Below the pieces are notes generated by a model. That model made no database searches. It saw only the letters and a program-made list of their open reading frames with translations, and had not been told where the DNA came from. Made by a program: the position numbers and the translations under genes. A DNA stretch of 64,000 nt, from the NCBI RefSeq assembly GCF_006345805.1, contig NC_043001.1, forward strand, positions 99,696,001 to 99,760,000, given 5' to 3'. How positions within the stretch are numbered: position 1 is the first letter of the stretch; each line of letters begins with the position of its first letter. This document shows, one piece after another, positions 41,936 through 53,360 of the stretch. This DNA is from Octopus sinensis. Taxonomy: Eukaryota.

Positions 41936-42257
41936 AATGTTTCTGTGGGGTCGGAGATGTTCGTAGCCAGTAATGAATTGAGCCTCTGTCATGAGGGTCG
42001 CAAAAAAGATCTTACTTTTCAGATCATGATACAGAAAAGCATAGAGGTGGAAACAGCTGTTGGACTTGTGACACCTTACTTCCTCCCTTTCATTTTCTCT
42101 GTCGCTTGTACTCTGTGTAAGCTTCATTTATTAACATATAAATAACAGTATATTTATACATAAGTATTTATTGTCTGAAAGCCTTCAGTCTTTGCTTTTT
42201 ATGTTTGCACGTGTGCACACACACATTTTGTATATTAAACCCAAGCTGTTATATTTA

Positions 42258-42410
42258 ATTTCTTTTGTTCAAATTCTGCTGAGGTTGACTTTGCCTTTCA
42301 TCCTTTCGGGGTCGATAAATTAAGTACCAGTTATGCACTGGGGTTGATGTAATCGACTTAATCCATTTGTCTGTCCCCTCTGTGTTTAGCCCCTTGTGGG
42401 AAGTAAAGAA
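42258..42410 (-). mobile_element. SINE-like element (gaaaggatgaaaggcaaagtc family)
   Basis: Reverse complement of 59765-59920. Confidence 0.85.
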
Positions 42411-42412
42411 AT

Positions 42413-42810
42413 AGGCACAGGAGTGGCTGTTTGGTAAGTAGCTTGCTAACCAACCACATGGTTCCGGGTTCAGTCCCACTGCGTGGCATCTTGGGCAAGT
42501 GTTTTCTGCTATAGCCCCGGGCCGACCAATGCCTTGTGAGTGGATTTGGTAGACGGAAACTGAAAGAAGCCTGTCGTATATATGTATATATATGTAAGTG
42601 TGTGTGAATATGTTTGTGTGTCTGTGTTTGTTCCCCTAGCATTGCTTGACAACCGATGCTGGTGTGTTTACGTCCCTGTCAAAAGAGACCGATAGAATAA
42701 GTACTGGGCTTACAAAGAATAAGTCCCGGGGTCGATTTGCTCGACTAAAGGCGGTGCTCCAGCATGGCCGCAGTCAAATGACTGAAACAAGTAAAAAGAG
42801 TAAAAAGAGT
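42413..42810 (+). mobile_element. SINE family A, near full length
   Basis: Head with gggttcagtccc B-box-like motif, central (TA/TG)n, tail (gtaaaaaga)n; at least 8 copies in the window. Confidence 0.92.
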
Positions 42811-42845
42811 AAATATATATTTAATTTGTTTAATCTGCATAATTG

Positions 42846-42889
<44 letters not shown>

Positions 42890-42890
<1 letters not shown>

Positions 42891-45761
42891 ATATCTTTGT
42901 GATTGGTGATTTCAATGGGCATGTTGGGCAGTACCCAGGTGTCTTTCAGTGGGATGCATGGTGACCTTGGAATTGGCTATCAAAATGAGGAGGGAATAAG
43001 GCTGCTAGAGTTCTGTGATGCAAATGACCTAATGATTTGCAACACCCACTCAGTAAAGCAGCTAGTCACTTGATAACCCATAAATCTGGTGACCATGCTA
43101 GCCAGATCAACTACATTCTCACTAGAAAGTGGATTCATGGCTGCTCATAAATGCAAAGTCCTTCCCCAGTGAAGAGTGTATCCGTCAGCATGGGTTACTC
43201 ATTAGGGACTTCAAACTGCAAGCACGAAGGATTCCAGGAAGCAAGCCAGTTTGGAAAAGAAAAATCTGGAAGCTTAAGGATCTTTTGAATAGTCAAAGGT
43301 TTAGGGACTTCCTAACTGAAGGATTTGATGAGAAGGAGGAGGAGTTACAGACTTGCAATATCGAGGATAACTGGAAGTTTCTACGAGACAACTTACTGAA
43401 AGCCACAGACCAAATTTGTGGGCGGTGCAAAGTCCTAACCATTCTAAGAGTTATATGGTGGTGGAGCAATGTAGTTGACAGGGCCATTGGAGCTGTATCA
43501 GGCAGTTAGAAGGGAAGCTAGGAAGCAGGTATACTCAGCCAGAAAGGAAGAAGCTTGCCACTGTTCTGCAGCATGAATATCAGCAGCTTGAAGGGTTTCA
43601 GTTTGCAAGACAATGTGCCAGGTAAAACTGTGATGTTGTGGGGAAGAAGTGTGTTTGCATGGATAATAGTTCAGTCACAGTAAGTGACTCTGCAAAGAAA
43701 GAAGCTTGGAAGTGCAATTATGAAGGGCTACTAAATTTAGGGGACTCATGGGAAAAGGGGAGGCTTCTTGATATTGATCTAACAGAAGGGACCAGCAATC
43801 TGAATAGACAGTAGCGTTGTAGACAAAGCCATGAAGGATACGAAAATGGGCAAAGACCCTGACCCATGAGGAATAACCATTGAGATACTTAGAATATCTG
43901 GCAGTGTGGATTATGGTCTAGTTACTCATACAGTTAATCAGGTGGTGCATGAAAGAGTCATACCCAATGACTGGTATACCAGCATCGTAGCCAACTACTA
44001 CAAAGGTAAAGGTGACACCTTAAATAGAAATAATTATAGAGGTATCAAGGTGTTGGATCAGGTGCTAAAGTCATGGAGAGGGTCATAACCCAATTAATTA
44101 ATGAGAGTTAGTCTAGATGAGATGCAGATTAGTTTTGTGCCAGGGAGAAGCACCACTGATGTTATACTTCTGGTAAGGCAGCTGCAGAATAAATAAAAAA
44201 AAAAACCTCTGTCCTGGACTTTTGTTGACATGGAGAAGGCCTTTGACAAGGTCCCTTGATCCCTTTTCTGATGGTCAATGCAGAAACTAAAGATATATAA
44301 GTGGTTGGTGAGAGCTGTACAAACCATGTACAGGGACACAATCAGTAAGGAATGGGTTGGCAATGAGTGTAATGATAAATTCAGGGTACAAGTAGGGGTT
44401 TACCAAGGATCTTATAAGACGGGCTGCCCCTGGGAGCACCTCTATGTTGATGACTTATTCTTATAGCTGAATCACTACTGGAACTAGAGAAGAAATTTCA
44501 GGTGTGGAAGCAAGATCTAGAATTGGAGGGCCTTAGAGTTAACCTAGCAAAAACCAAAGTATTAGTAAGTAGAAAAGCAGACAACCTACAAATGCCTTGA
44601 GGTAGATGGCTCTACTCAATCTGTGGGAAAGGCTTAGGTAGAAATTCCATAAGATGTGCTTGGTGCAAGCTATGGACACGTAAGAGGTGCAGCAATATCA
44701 GAAGAAGGTTAACTAGGAAAATAGTTTTTGTGTGTGGAAGGTACAAAAGTACAATAAACACCAAAAATGTACAGAAAATTGACTCCATTAAATGCCAGTG
44801 GGGTAAAACTAGAAGTAGTTGATAGTTTCTGTTATCTAGGTGACCCAGTTAGTAGTGGAGGTGGATGCTCCGAGAGGGTAGCAGCAAGAATAAGAACTCC
44901 TACTTCTGTTGGCAAGAAAGGGCCTCATCCTCAGAGTGAAAAGCAGAGTGTATGATGCCTGTGTGCACACAGCTATGCTATACGGCAGTGAAGCATGGAC
45001 TTTGACTGCTGAGGACATGCATAACCTTGAAAGAAATCAAACCAGTATGCTTTGCTGGATGCAATGTCAGAGTGCTTGTGTGACAAGATGTAAGCATCTG
45101 GAGAGAAAAGTTTGGTATAAGAAGCATCAGATCTGGTGTGCAAGAGCAATGACTACACTGGTATGGCCTAGTGATGTCTATAGATGAGGAGAGCAGTGTG
45201 AAGAAGTACAGATATCTAACTGTTGAGGGAACCCATGGAAGGGGGAGACCCAGGAAGAAGACAAGGGATGAGGTTGTTAAGCATGCTCTTTGAATGTTGG
45301 GCTCTCTGAATGACTTGCGACCAAGACCTTTGGCAATATGCCATGCTTGAGAAGACCTGTCAAACTAAGTGAAATCATAGTCGTGGCCAATGCTGGTGTC
45401 AACGTAACAGGCACCGGTGCCAGTGGCACGTAAAAAGCACCTTTGGAGTGTTAGGCATCACAAAGGCAATGACAAATGACTGAGGCCTTTGGCAATATGC
45501 TGTGCTTGAGTAGAAGAGCCATCAAGCCAAATGAAATCTTAGACATGGCAGATACTGGTGTCATGCAACTAGCACCTGAGCTAGTGGTACGTAAAAGGTA
45601 CCCCTTACACTCTCAGAGTATTTGGTGTTAAGAAAGGCATCTAGCCATAGAAACTGTGCCAAATCAGACTGAAATACAGTGCAGCCCCTTACATTACCAG
45701 CCTCGGTCAAACCGTTCAACCCATGCCAGCATAGACAATGGACATTAAATGATGATGATGA
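42890..45761 (+). mobile_element. RTE LINE, about 2.9 kb, decayed (EN + RT + 3' UTR)
   Basis: VIGDFNGHVG (APE), YKGKGDTLNRNNYRGIK, FVDMEKAFD, LYVDDL, LEVVDSFCYLG, AMLYGSEAW; (GAT)n tail. Confidence 0.93.
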
Positions 45762-45872
45762 TATATATATATATATATATACACACACGCACGTGTGTAT
45801 GTATGTATGTATGTATGTATGTATGTATGCATGTATGTATGTATGTATATATATATATATATATATATAATG

Positions 45873-45956
45873 TGTGACAATTATTTGGTCGGAGCAGTTT
45901 TCTGCCAAGACATCCAAAACTCAGAGTCTTATTATGGCAACCGAATAATTGTCACA
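45873..45956. mobile_element. 84-bp MITE-like element with 19-bp TIRs
   Basis: tgtgacaattatttggtcg versus the reverse complement of caaccgaataattgtcaca, 17/19 identical. Confidence 0.55.
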
Positions 45957-46023
45957 TATTACAGATAAATTCCTCTATTTACTTAATATCAAGGTCTCAT
46001 TCTTTCTTTTGTTGTTTTACCTT

Positions 46024-46057
<34 letters not shown>

Positions 46058-46075
46058 GTGCATGTATATATATTA

Positions 46076-46112
<37 letters not shown>

Positions 46113-46124
46113 ACACGTAAAAGC

Positions 46125-46174
<50 letters not shown>

Positions 46175-48090
46175 GTACATACATATATATATATATATAT
46201 ATACATACATATATATATATACACATGCGTGTATATATATATTAACATACATACATACATACACACACATATATATATACACACGGCGCACACACGTATC
46301 TCTTGAACTGATTCCTTCACGATTGCGCTACAACTATAGCTGATTTTCAAAGAATTCCCACGCAGAATCTTGCCAATTCTATAAGGCATGCAGTGACATG
46401 TCAGAAGTATATGAAACTGAAATTTAATCAAATACACCTAACTAAACGAAACAGGTGATAAAAAAAATATTGAAACACTTGAACAATTCAAAACTATTTT
46501 CTTAACCGAACAGTTCTTTCCATAAACAGCTGATTATCCAAGGGACGCAACTCACATTTAAATATCGAAGAGTTATTCCTCTTCCCAAACAAACTGCATT
46601 CATCCGTAAGCAACATTTATTTTTTTACCTTGGAAAATCTTAAGCTACTAATGACCATCTTGAGTTATAAGCTAAGACTACTTGAGTAAGGAAGTGGTGA
46701 TTGCTGGAATAAGCTTAATCATATATCTTTCTTGAAACATGACACTCAAGTTGTCATAAATGTTATAAAATACTGTTTACAAATATTCATAACTCTCAAA
46801 TGTAATGGAGTACTTTAATTTGCTCAGCCTATAAGAAAGGAATCAGGATGTGTGTGTGTATCTTGCTAAGCCTACATTTGCTATCATCTATAACACCCTT
46901 GATGCACTATAATTCTCTTGATGATCTTCACTTATCTCTCCATTTCTCATTTTTCTACCACCTGTGTTGATAACCCTTCACTTGGCGTAGGTATAAAAGA
47001 CTACATCAGACTCTCCTCATCACTTCTCCTCTATCTCTAACCCTTTCACCTATATATAACCGATTGTGCCAAATTGTCTGTACCCATGGACACAGTAACT
47101 TTCTCTACTGACAATAATCCCTCTCTCTTTCTCTCCTCCACTGCCTCCCACCCTACCCTGCTTCATTCCACATTATCCATATTGTCCTCCACACCCACAT
47201 TTTACACTCTTCTCCTTCATCCCCATGTTGAACCAAGAAATTCTGTCCTATACCTCTCTCTCTCACCCTCCTCTGATCCTATCCAAATTGCCATTGCTCT
47301 CTTGACCTCCCCATGTAAACAGTATCATCATTGTTATCCTGTTATTGCCCTCTTCTTGCATCCCTTTAACTCCCCAATTCAGTCAGCACTAACAATTTCA
47401 ATCCTTTCCTCCCCCTAGTTTCTCTGCCCCCACCCCACCCCGCATACTGAGGCGCCCCCTGGATACCTCATCACCAGTATTTATTCCTTCACAGCTACTA
47501 CTAATTCATTTTGAACACCCTCATGAATATCTGAAGCCAAGTAGCTCCCCTTTGACGAGAACCTGCTCTGTCCCACCTCCTTCCTTCATGTCCTAACCCA
47601 CATCTACTTGCATAAATCCTCCTCCCCTCAGGTTTTGTATGCCTGCAAGCTGCATGGCAACTTCCATAGTGATGGAGGCGCAAGAAAATCACCCAGCATG
47701 CATGCTAGAAAGTGATTGACATTAGGAAGGGCATTCAGCTGTAGAAACCTTGCCAAAGTAGACACTGGGTTATGATGATACAGTCCTTGGACCCATCGGA
47801 TTCTGTCCAGCCATCCAACCCATGGCCGTTTAACATGAAGACGGGTTATTAGATGATAATGAAATATATATGTTTGCTACTTTCATTAACTGCTCAATGC
47901 CATACAATAACAGAATTGTGTCAATACATTAATATTCTTTTTCAATACAATGACAAAATAAATATCAAGTGAATACCTAAATATACATACACATACTTAG
48001 ATGTATATGTATGTTGGATTGTGTTTCTATATTTGTATATATAGATATTTAGAGAGAGATAACTATACCGGTTCATATGCATACACAAAA

Positions 48091-48164
48091 CTTTACATAC
48101 GTCTTGTCAGATCCTAATGGCTGGTGGCCACCAGCCATTAGAGTCTGATGAAACCTATGTAAAG
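48091..48164. repeat. 74-bp loop-less palindrome with a perfect 28-bp core
   Basis: Arms match at 31/37 positions; core ctaatggctggtggccaccagccattag (48114-48141). Confidence 0.9.
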
Positions 48165-48174
48165 CTGGGAGCTC

Positions 48175-48920
48175 TATGGATGTAGGCTTGAAAGAAATGA
48201 AGATAGTATGCTTTGCTGGATGTGTAATGTCAGTGAGCAAGTACGACAGGGTGTAAGCATCTGGAGAAAAACATTGGACATAAGAGGATTTCAGATGTGG
48301 TGTGCAAAAGAGACGACTGTGTTGGTGTGGTCATGTGATGCATATGAATGAGGACAGCTGTCTGAAGAAGTGCCAATCTCTACCAGTGGAGGGAAACCGT
48401 GGAAGGGGGAGACCCAAGAAGACATGGGACAAGGTGGTGAAGCATGATCTTCGAATGCTGGACCCCGTGGTGGCAATGACAAATGACTGAGGCCTTTGGC
48501 AATATACCATGCTTGAGAAGCCCCCCTCAAGCCTAGCAAAATCACAGCTGTGGCCATTGACAGTGTCATGTAACTGGCACCTAAGCTGGTGGCACCTCTC
48601 AAGTGTTGGGCCCCATGGTGGCAACAACAAATGACTGAGACTTTTGGCAATATGCCATGTTTGAGTAGAAGACCCATCAAGCCAAGTGAAACCTTAGTCA
48701 TGGCAGATACTGGTGTCATGCAACTGGCAGCTGTGCCGGTGGAACATGTAAAAGCAACCATTACGTTCTTGGTGTGGTTGGCATTAGAAAAGGTATCCAG
48801 CCATAGGAAACCATACCAAATCAAACTGGAGTCTGGTGTAGCCCCTCAGCTTACCAGCCCTAGTCAAACTGTGCAACCCATACCAGCATGGACAATGGAC
48901 GTTAAATGATGATGATGATG
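48175..48920 (+). mobile_element. RTE LINE 3' fragment
   Basis: QKRRLCWCGHVMHMNEDSCLKKC...GRGRPKKTWDKVVKHDL; (GAT)n tail. Confidence 0.9.
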
Positions 48921-49304
48921 AGACACACACACACACACACCACACACACACACACTCACACACAAAACAATAAAGAAGGCAATGTCATTAACAGCTACAT
49001 TAATTCATTCCCTCATTAATTATGTACAGTTTCTGTAACATAGTTAATTAACTGTTGCCCAAACAAGGATTTATCAGCAGCACTATCTTGGGTTCATCTA
49101 AGAGCAACAATTTAATGTTTTTAATTGTATAATATTTGAAGGGTGTTAAATGTAAGAGTTCATCCTTATTTTAGAGTTATATTACAGAAAAATTGTCATA
49201 ATTATTGAAGCCAATGAACACATCCACCACCATTTGCAGTTTTCAACGTTTCACTTGTTTCTCTTTTTCCAAAGTAGTTGAGCTATTTTATTCTGCACAC
49301 CCAC

Positions 49305-49720
49305 TCTTTTTACTCTTTTACTCTTTTACTTGTTTCAGTCATTTGACTGCGGCCATGCTGGAGCACCGCCTTTTGTCAAGCAAATCAACCCTGGGACTTA
49401 TTCTTTGTAAGCCCAGTACTTATTCTATCGGTCTCTTTTGTCAAACCGCTAAGTGACGGGGACGTAAACACACCAGCATTGGTTGTCAAGCAATACTAGG
49501 GGGACAAACACAGACACACAAACATATACACACACATTTATATATATATATATACGACAGGCTTCCTTCAGTTTCCGTCTACCAAATCCACTCACAAGGC
49601 ATTGGTCGGCCCGGGGCTATAGCAGAAGACACTTGCCCAAGGTGCCATGCAGTGGGACACTGAACCCGGAACCATGTGGTTGGTTAGCAAGCTACTTACC
49701 ACACAGCCACTCCTGCGCCT
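49305..49720 (-). mobile_element. SINE family A, full length
   Basis: Reverse complement of 42413-42810. Confidence 0.92.
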
Positions 49721-50304
49721 ATATTGCCCACTCTCAAATATTTGCCCACTCAAATAATGCCCACTCTCAAATATTTTTCCCTAAACCATTCTGTTGCCTT
49801 CTCAATGAGTATGCATTTTTGTTTTTTTTTACATACTTTGTTTATGTTTTTTCAAAGGATTTTACTGTTCTTACATTTTGCTAGTAAGTATGCAAGCTAA
49901 TGACATTTTGTTTTTATTTTACTTCCTTTTGTTGTTGCTAACATCAGAATACAGGTGTGAAGGTGCATTCACTTCCCTTGTATTGGGACTTATTTTATCT
50001 TATTTCTATATTATTGTAGTGATGAATTGTTAGAAGTGCATTGTTACTCAGTCTTTCTTGATGAGTGTGTGGGTGGAATCTGCATCCTATATTGACATAG
50101 CTTCTGTTATTGGTCATAAGGTTCTGTTTTTTTTTGGGTGTCTGGGGGGGGGGAATTTTTACTTCAATATTTTTATCTAGCCATTATGTTTCTAGCAGTT
50201 GTAATTTGTTTGTTTCTTTTCACTGTATTCTCCATTGTGTTCTGCAGTTCTTTCACACAAGCTGCACACTGTCTCTCCTGTGTTGGTTGAGGTGGTGTCC
50301 TTAT

Positions 50305-50523
50305 CCCTTTAGTATTTAAACCGGCCATATCCGGCCAAAATAGTTAACCTGTTTTATGTTCAAACTGACCAGATCCAGGCTCTCACACTTACCCTACAAT
50401 GTTATTCTACATTAAGTAATTACACCATCAAGATCTTGAAGATATGAGATAATGCATGATTAATTCAAATCAATGGGAATCAATAAGCATTATGTTTGAT
50501 AGAATAATCAGAACACTAAAGGG
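50305..50523. mobile_element. piggyBac-type MITE, 219 bp
   Basis: Ends CCCTTTAGT...ACTAAAGGG, flanked on both sides by TTAT. Confidence 0.65.
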
Positions 50524-50654
50524 TTATACTGCCTTTCCACGTACCTCATATGAGAGACAATGTCTCTAATTTTGTAGTTTATTTTCAAGTTTATTGCACA
50601 TACATTGTAGTTGTTGCCAATGCAAGATGTTTTCTTAAATGGGCTTGATATACA

Positions 50655-52065
50655 TATGAAGCTGGGCTGAAAAGTTCATAGGCTGACTATGACGGAATGA
50701 TGTTAAAGCTGTCAAGTTGTGCATGCATTAACTTCAACCTTTCTTGTTAATAGCTGTATTGTTTCTTTTCAGAAACTGACATCTGACTGTTCAAAGACGA
50801 CTTCAAAAGTAACTGGTGGCAATTTTTCTTTATAAAAATCAGCAAAATTTGGCATCATGGTGTTTTCAAGTACTTACAGAAAAACAGTTTAGTGCCCAAA
50901 GGGCTCATGCTGATATGGTTGCTGCATTAGGGAATGATACTCCAGCTTTATCAACAGTGCAAAAGTGGGCTGCTTGAAGATAACCTAATGTCTGGACATC
51001 CTGCAACTGCCACCATCAAGGAAAACATGGTGATGGATGAAAGGTGACTGACTATAAATCATTTAGCCAATGCTATTAGAATTTCATGTGAGAGAATGAA
51101 GAACGTTCTGAAGGCACATGGCTCAGTGGTTAGAGCATTGGGCTCATAATCATGAGGTAGTGAGTTCAATTCCCAAACTGGTCTGTGTGTTGTGCACTTG
51201 AGCAAGACATGTTATTGCACATTGTTCCAGTTCACTCAGGTGTGGAAATGAGTTGCACCATCACTGGTGCCAGACTCTACTTTTGTCTTTCCTTTGGGTA
51301 ACATCAGTTGCCAAGAGAGAAGGGGAGGCTGGTATGCATGGGCAACTGCTGGTCTTCCATAAAAAACAACCTTGCTTAGGTTTACACTTCAGAGGGTAAC
51401 TTTGTAGGTGCAATCCCATGGTCATTCATGACCACAGGGGGTCTTTACTCTTTATCCTTACTCAATGGATGACAGGTGATTGACTATAAATCAAATAGCC
51501 AATGCTATTAGCATTTTGTGTAAGAGAGTGGAGAATATTCAGCACAATGAACTTGATATGATGATGGTTTCTGCTTGGTGAATGCCATGTTTTCTGACTC
51601 GTGGTCAAAAGTGCACCATGCTGATCACATCATGTAATAACTTGACATTGTTTGAGGCCAGTTGGTTTCTTAAATGTTTCCTAACCCAGGATGAGCAGAG
51701 TGATCATCACCTTGAACCAGGGACAAAGAGACAGTCTATGCAATGGAAGCCACCCCTCCTCACCTGCTCCTGACAAAATCAAGGTTGTTTCATCTGCAGG
51801 GAATCGAATGGTTTCAATTTTTTGGAATGCTTATTGAGTATCTTCGAAAGGGCCACACCATCAATGAGAGTACTATACCAACTTACTGAAGTAGTTATGA
51901 AGGGCTTCAAGACCAAATACCCAGGAAAACTAACAAAAGGGGCCTTGTTTCATCAGGACAATGTTCCAGTAGAGAAGTCATTGGTTCCAATGTCTGCTGT
52001 GCATGTTTGTGGCTTTGAACTGGTTGATTTAGCTCCATCTGATTCTCATCTGTTCCCCAACATGG
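50655..52065 (+). mobile_element. Mariner (second family), decayed, interrupted by a SINE
   Basis: TIR-like gctgggctgaaaagttcataggctgac; ALFHQDNVP and DLAPSDSHLFPNM (DD34D region). Confidence 0.85.
51110..51450 (+). mobile_element. tRNA-derived SINE (family D)
   Basis: A-box tggctcagtgg, B-box gagttcaattccc; matches 61138-61476. Confidence 0.88.
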
Positions 52066-52399
52066 AGAAACACCGGAAGGGCTGTGGTGGGCATGTGGGG
52101 TTGGCAAGGTGCAAGTGGCCAGTTGGAAGTGGACAGCATATGAGAGTAGACCTGTTAGATGGTATAGCAGCAGGCAGCATGTGGATGTTGTGAGTGACTC
52201 CTTTCACATAGACAGATGGTATAGTGGCAGATAAAGCACATGGACATTGTGAATTACCCCTTCCAGATAGACAGGCAAGACCACTGTAATTCTCCCTCTG
52301 CTTCTGTCTTTTCCTCCACATCACAAGTTATTTTGGCTTAAAAAAATGTATGCATCCCTTGACCATGTTTGCATGCATGAGGCTGATGATATAAGACTT

Positions 52400-53360
52400 G
52401 GAAGGCAGCTCTTTGAGCAGCATTCCTTGTCTGATAAACTTAAATACATGCCCAAAGAAGTTACACAACTCTACCTCAACATATCATTAGATGAAAGGAC
52501 GAGCATATGTGAGCAGAAAATATCATGCAATTAGTAGAAAGCTCAGATATGATAGTAACTTTGATCACCAAAGCGGTCTATCATGGACTCATAACTGGAT
52601 TACTACCTTCCAGTTTGAAGGGTGTGTTTGCAATCCAGGAACAGGAAATATGCACCAAATACCTGATACACAAAAGGGACAGAAATGCAAGAAATGCAGT
52701 AAAATGTGACAACCAATGCAGACTTGGTGGAGTTAACACTGAAGATATCACCCACATCATAATACTGTAATGACATTTTCAGACAACTGCTTATCTACCA
52801 ATGAGACATGATGTTATAGCTAGGACACTGTATCAGGAAATCCATTGAAAGGATAACCCCAAGGGCAAAGAAATAAGAACCCACTGTATGGTGCAAGCCA
52901 TAGGCACTCATAATAAAAAGGAGCATTGGTGGAATGTTCCAGTGAAAGCCTCAATAAAATGTTAACACAATAGACCTGATATAAGGATTTGGGATAGAGA
53001 AGAGAAAATGTGTACATTTGTGGAAATCAACTGCTCAGCAGAAGTTAGTATAAAGCTAAAGATCAGCAAAAAAAAATATCTATACTGAACTACTGAACAT
53101 GTGCAGGTTTATACCTGTAATTATTGGGGCACTGGAATATGTAACACACTGCCTACATACCAATCTTGAGAGATAAGGCTTCTCAAAACCAGAAAGGAGA
53201 AAGCTGATTTGAAGACTACAGATCCAATCCATCACTGGAACTGTAAAAATCTGTAAAATTTTCCAGAAGTTTATCAAGTATATATGAACATGTCTAGACG
53301 TGAAAGTTTATGCATGAGAAGACATACATAAAACAAAACATACAAATCTGTACGTACACA
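52400..53360 (+). mobile_element. RLE-type non-LTR retrotransposon 3' fragment (R4/Dong- or NeSL-like)
   Basis: Degenerate CCHC knuckle QCRLGGVNTEDITHII, YLPMRHDVIARTLY, HNRPDIRIWD...FVEINC (PD-(D/E)xK), FIPVIIGAL. Confidence 0.85.

Larger units (their letters stand above)
41395..42848. mobile_element. Long-TIR fold-back element interrupted by three SINEs
   Basis: Left arm about 41495-41703 is the reverse complement (about 80% by eye) of 42060-42260 plus 42812-42848; second copy at 63135-63727. Confidence 0.7.

Noticed and set aside
49722-49775. Three short tgcccactc(tc)aaata repeats
   Set aside because: A tiny local duplication at a SINE 5' junction with no further signal.
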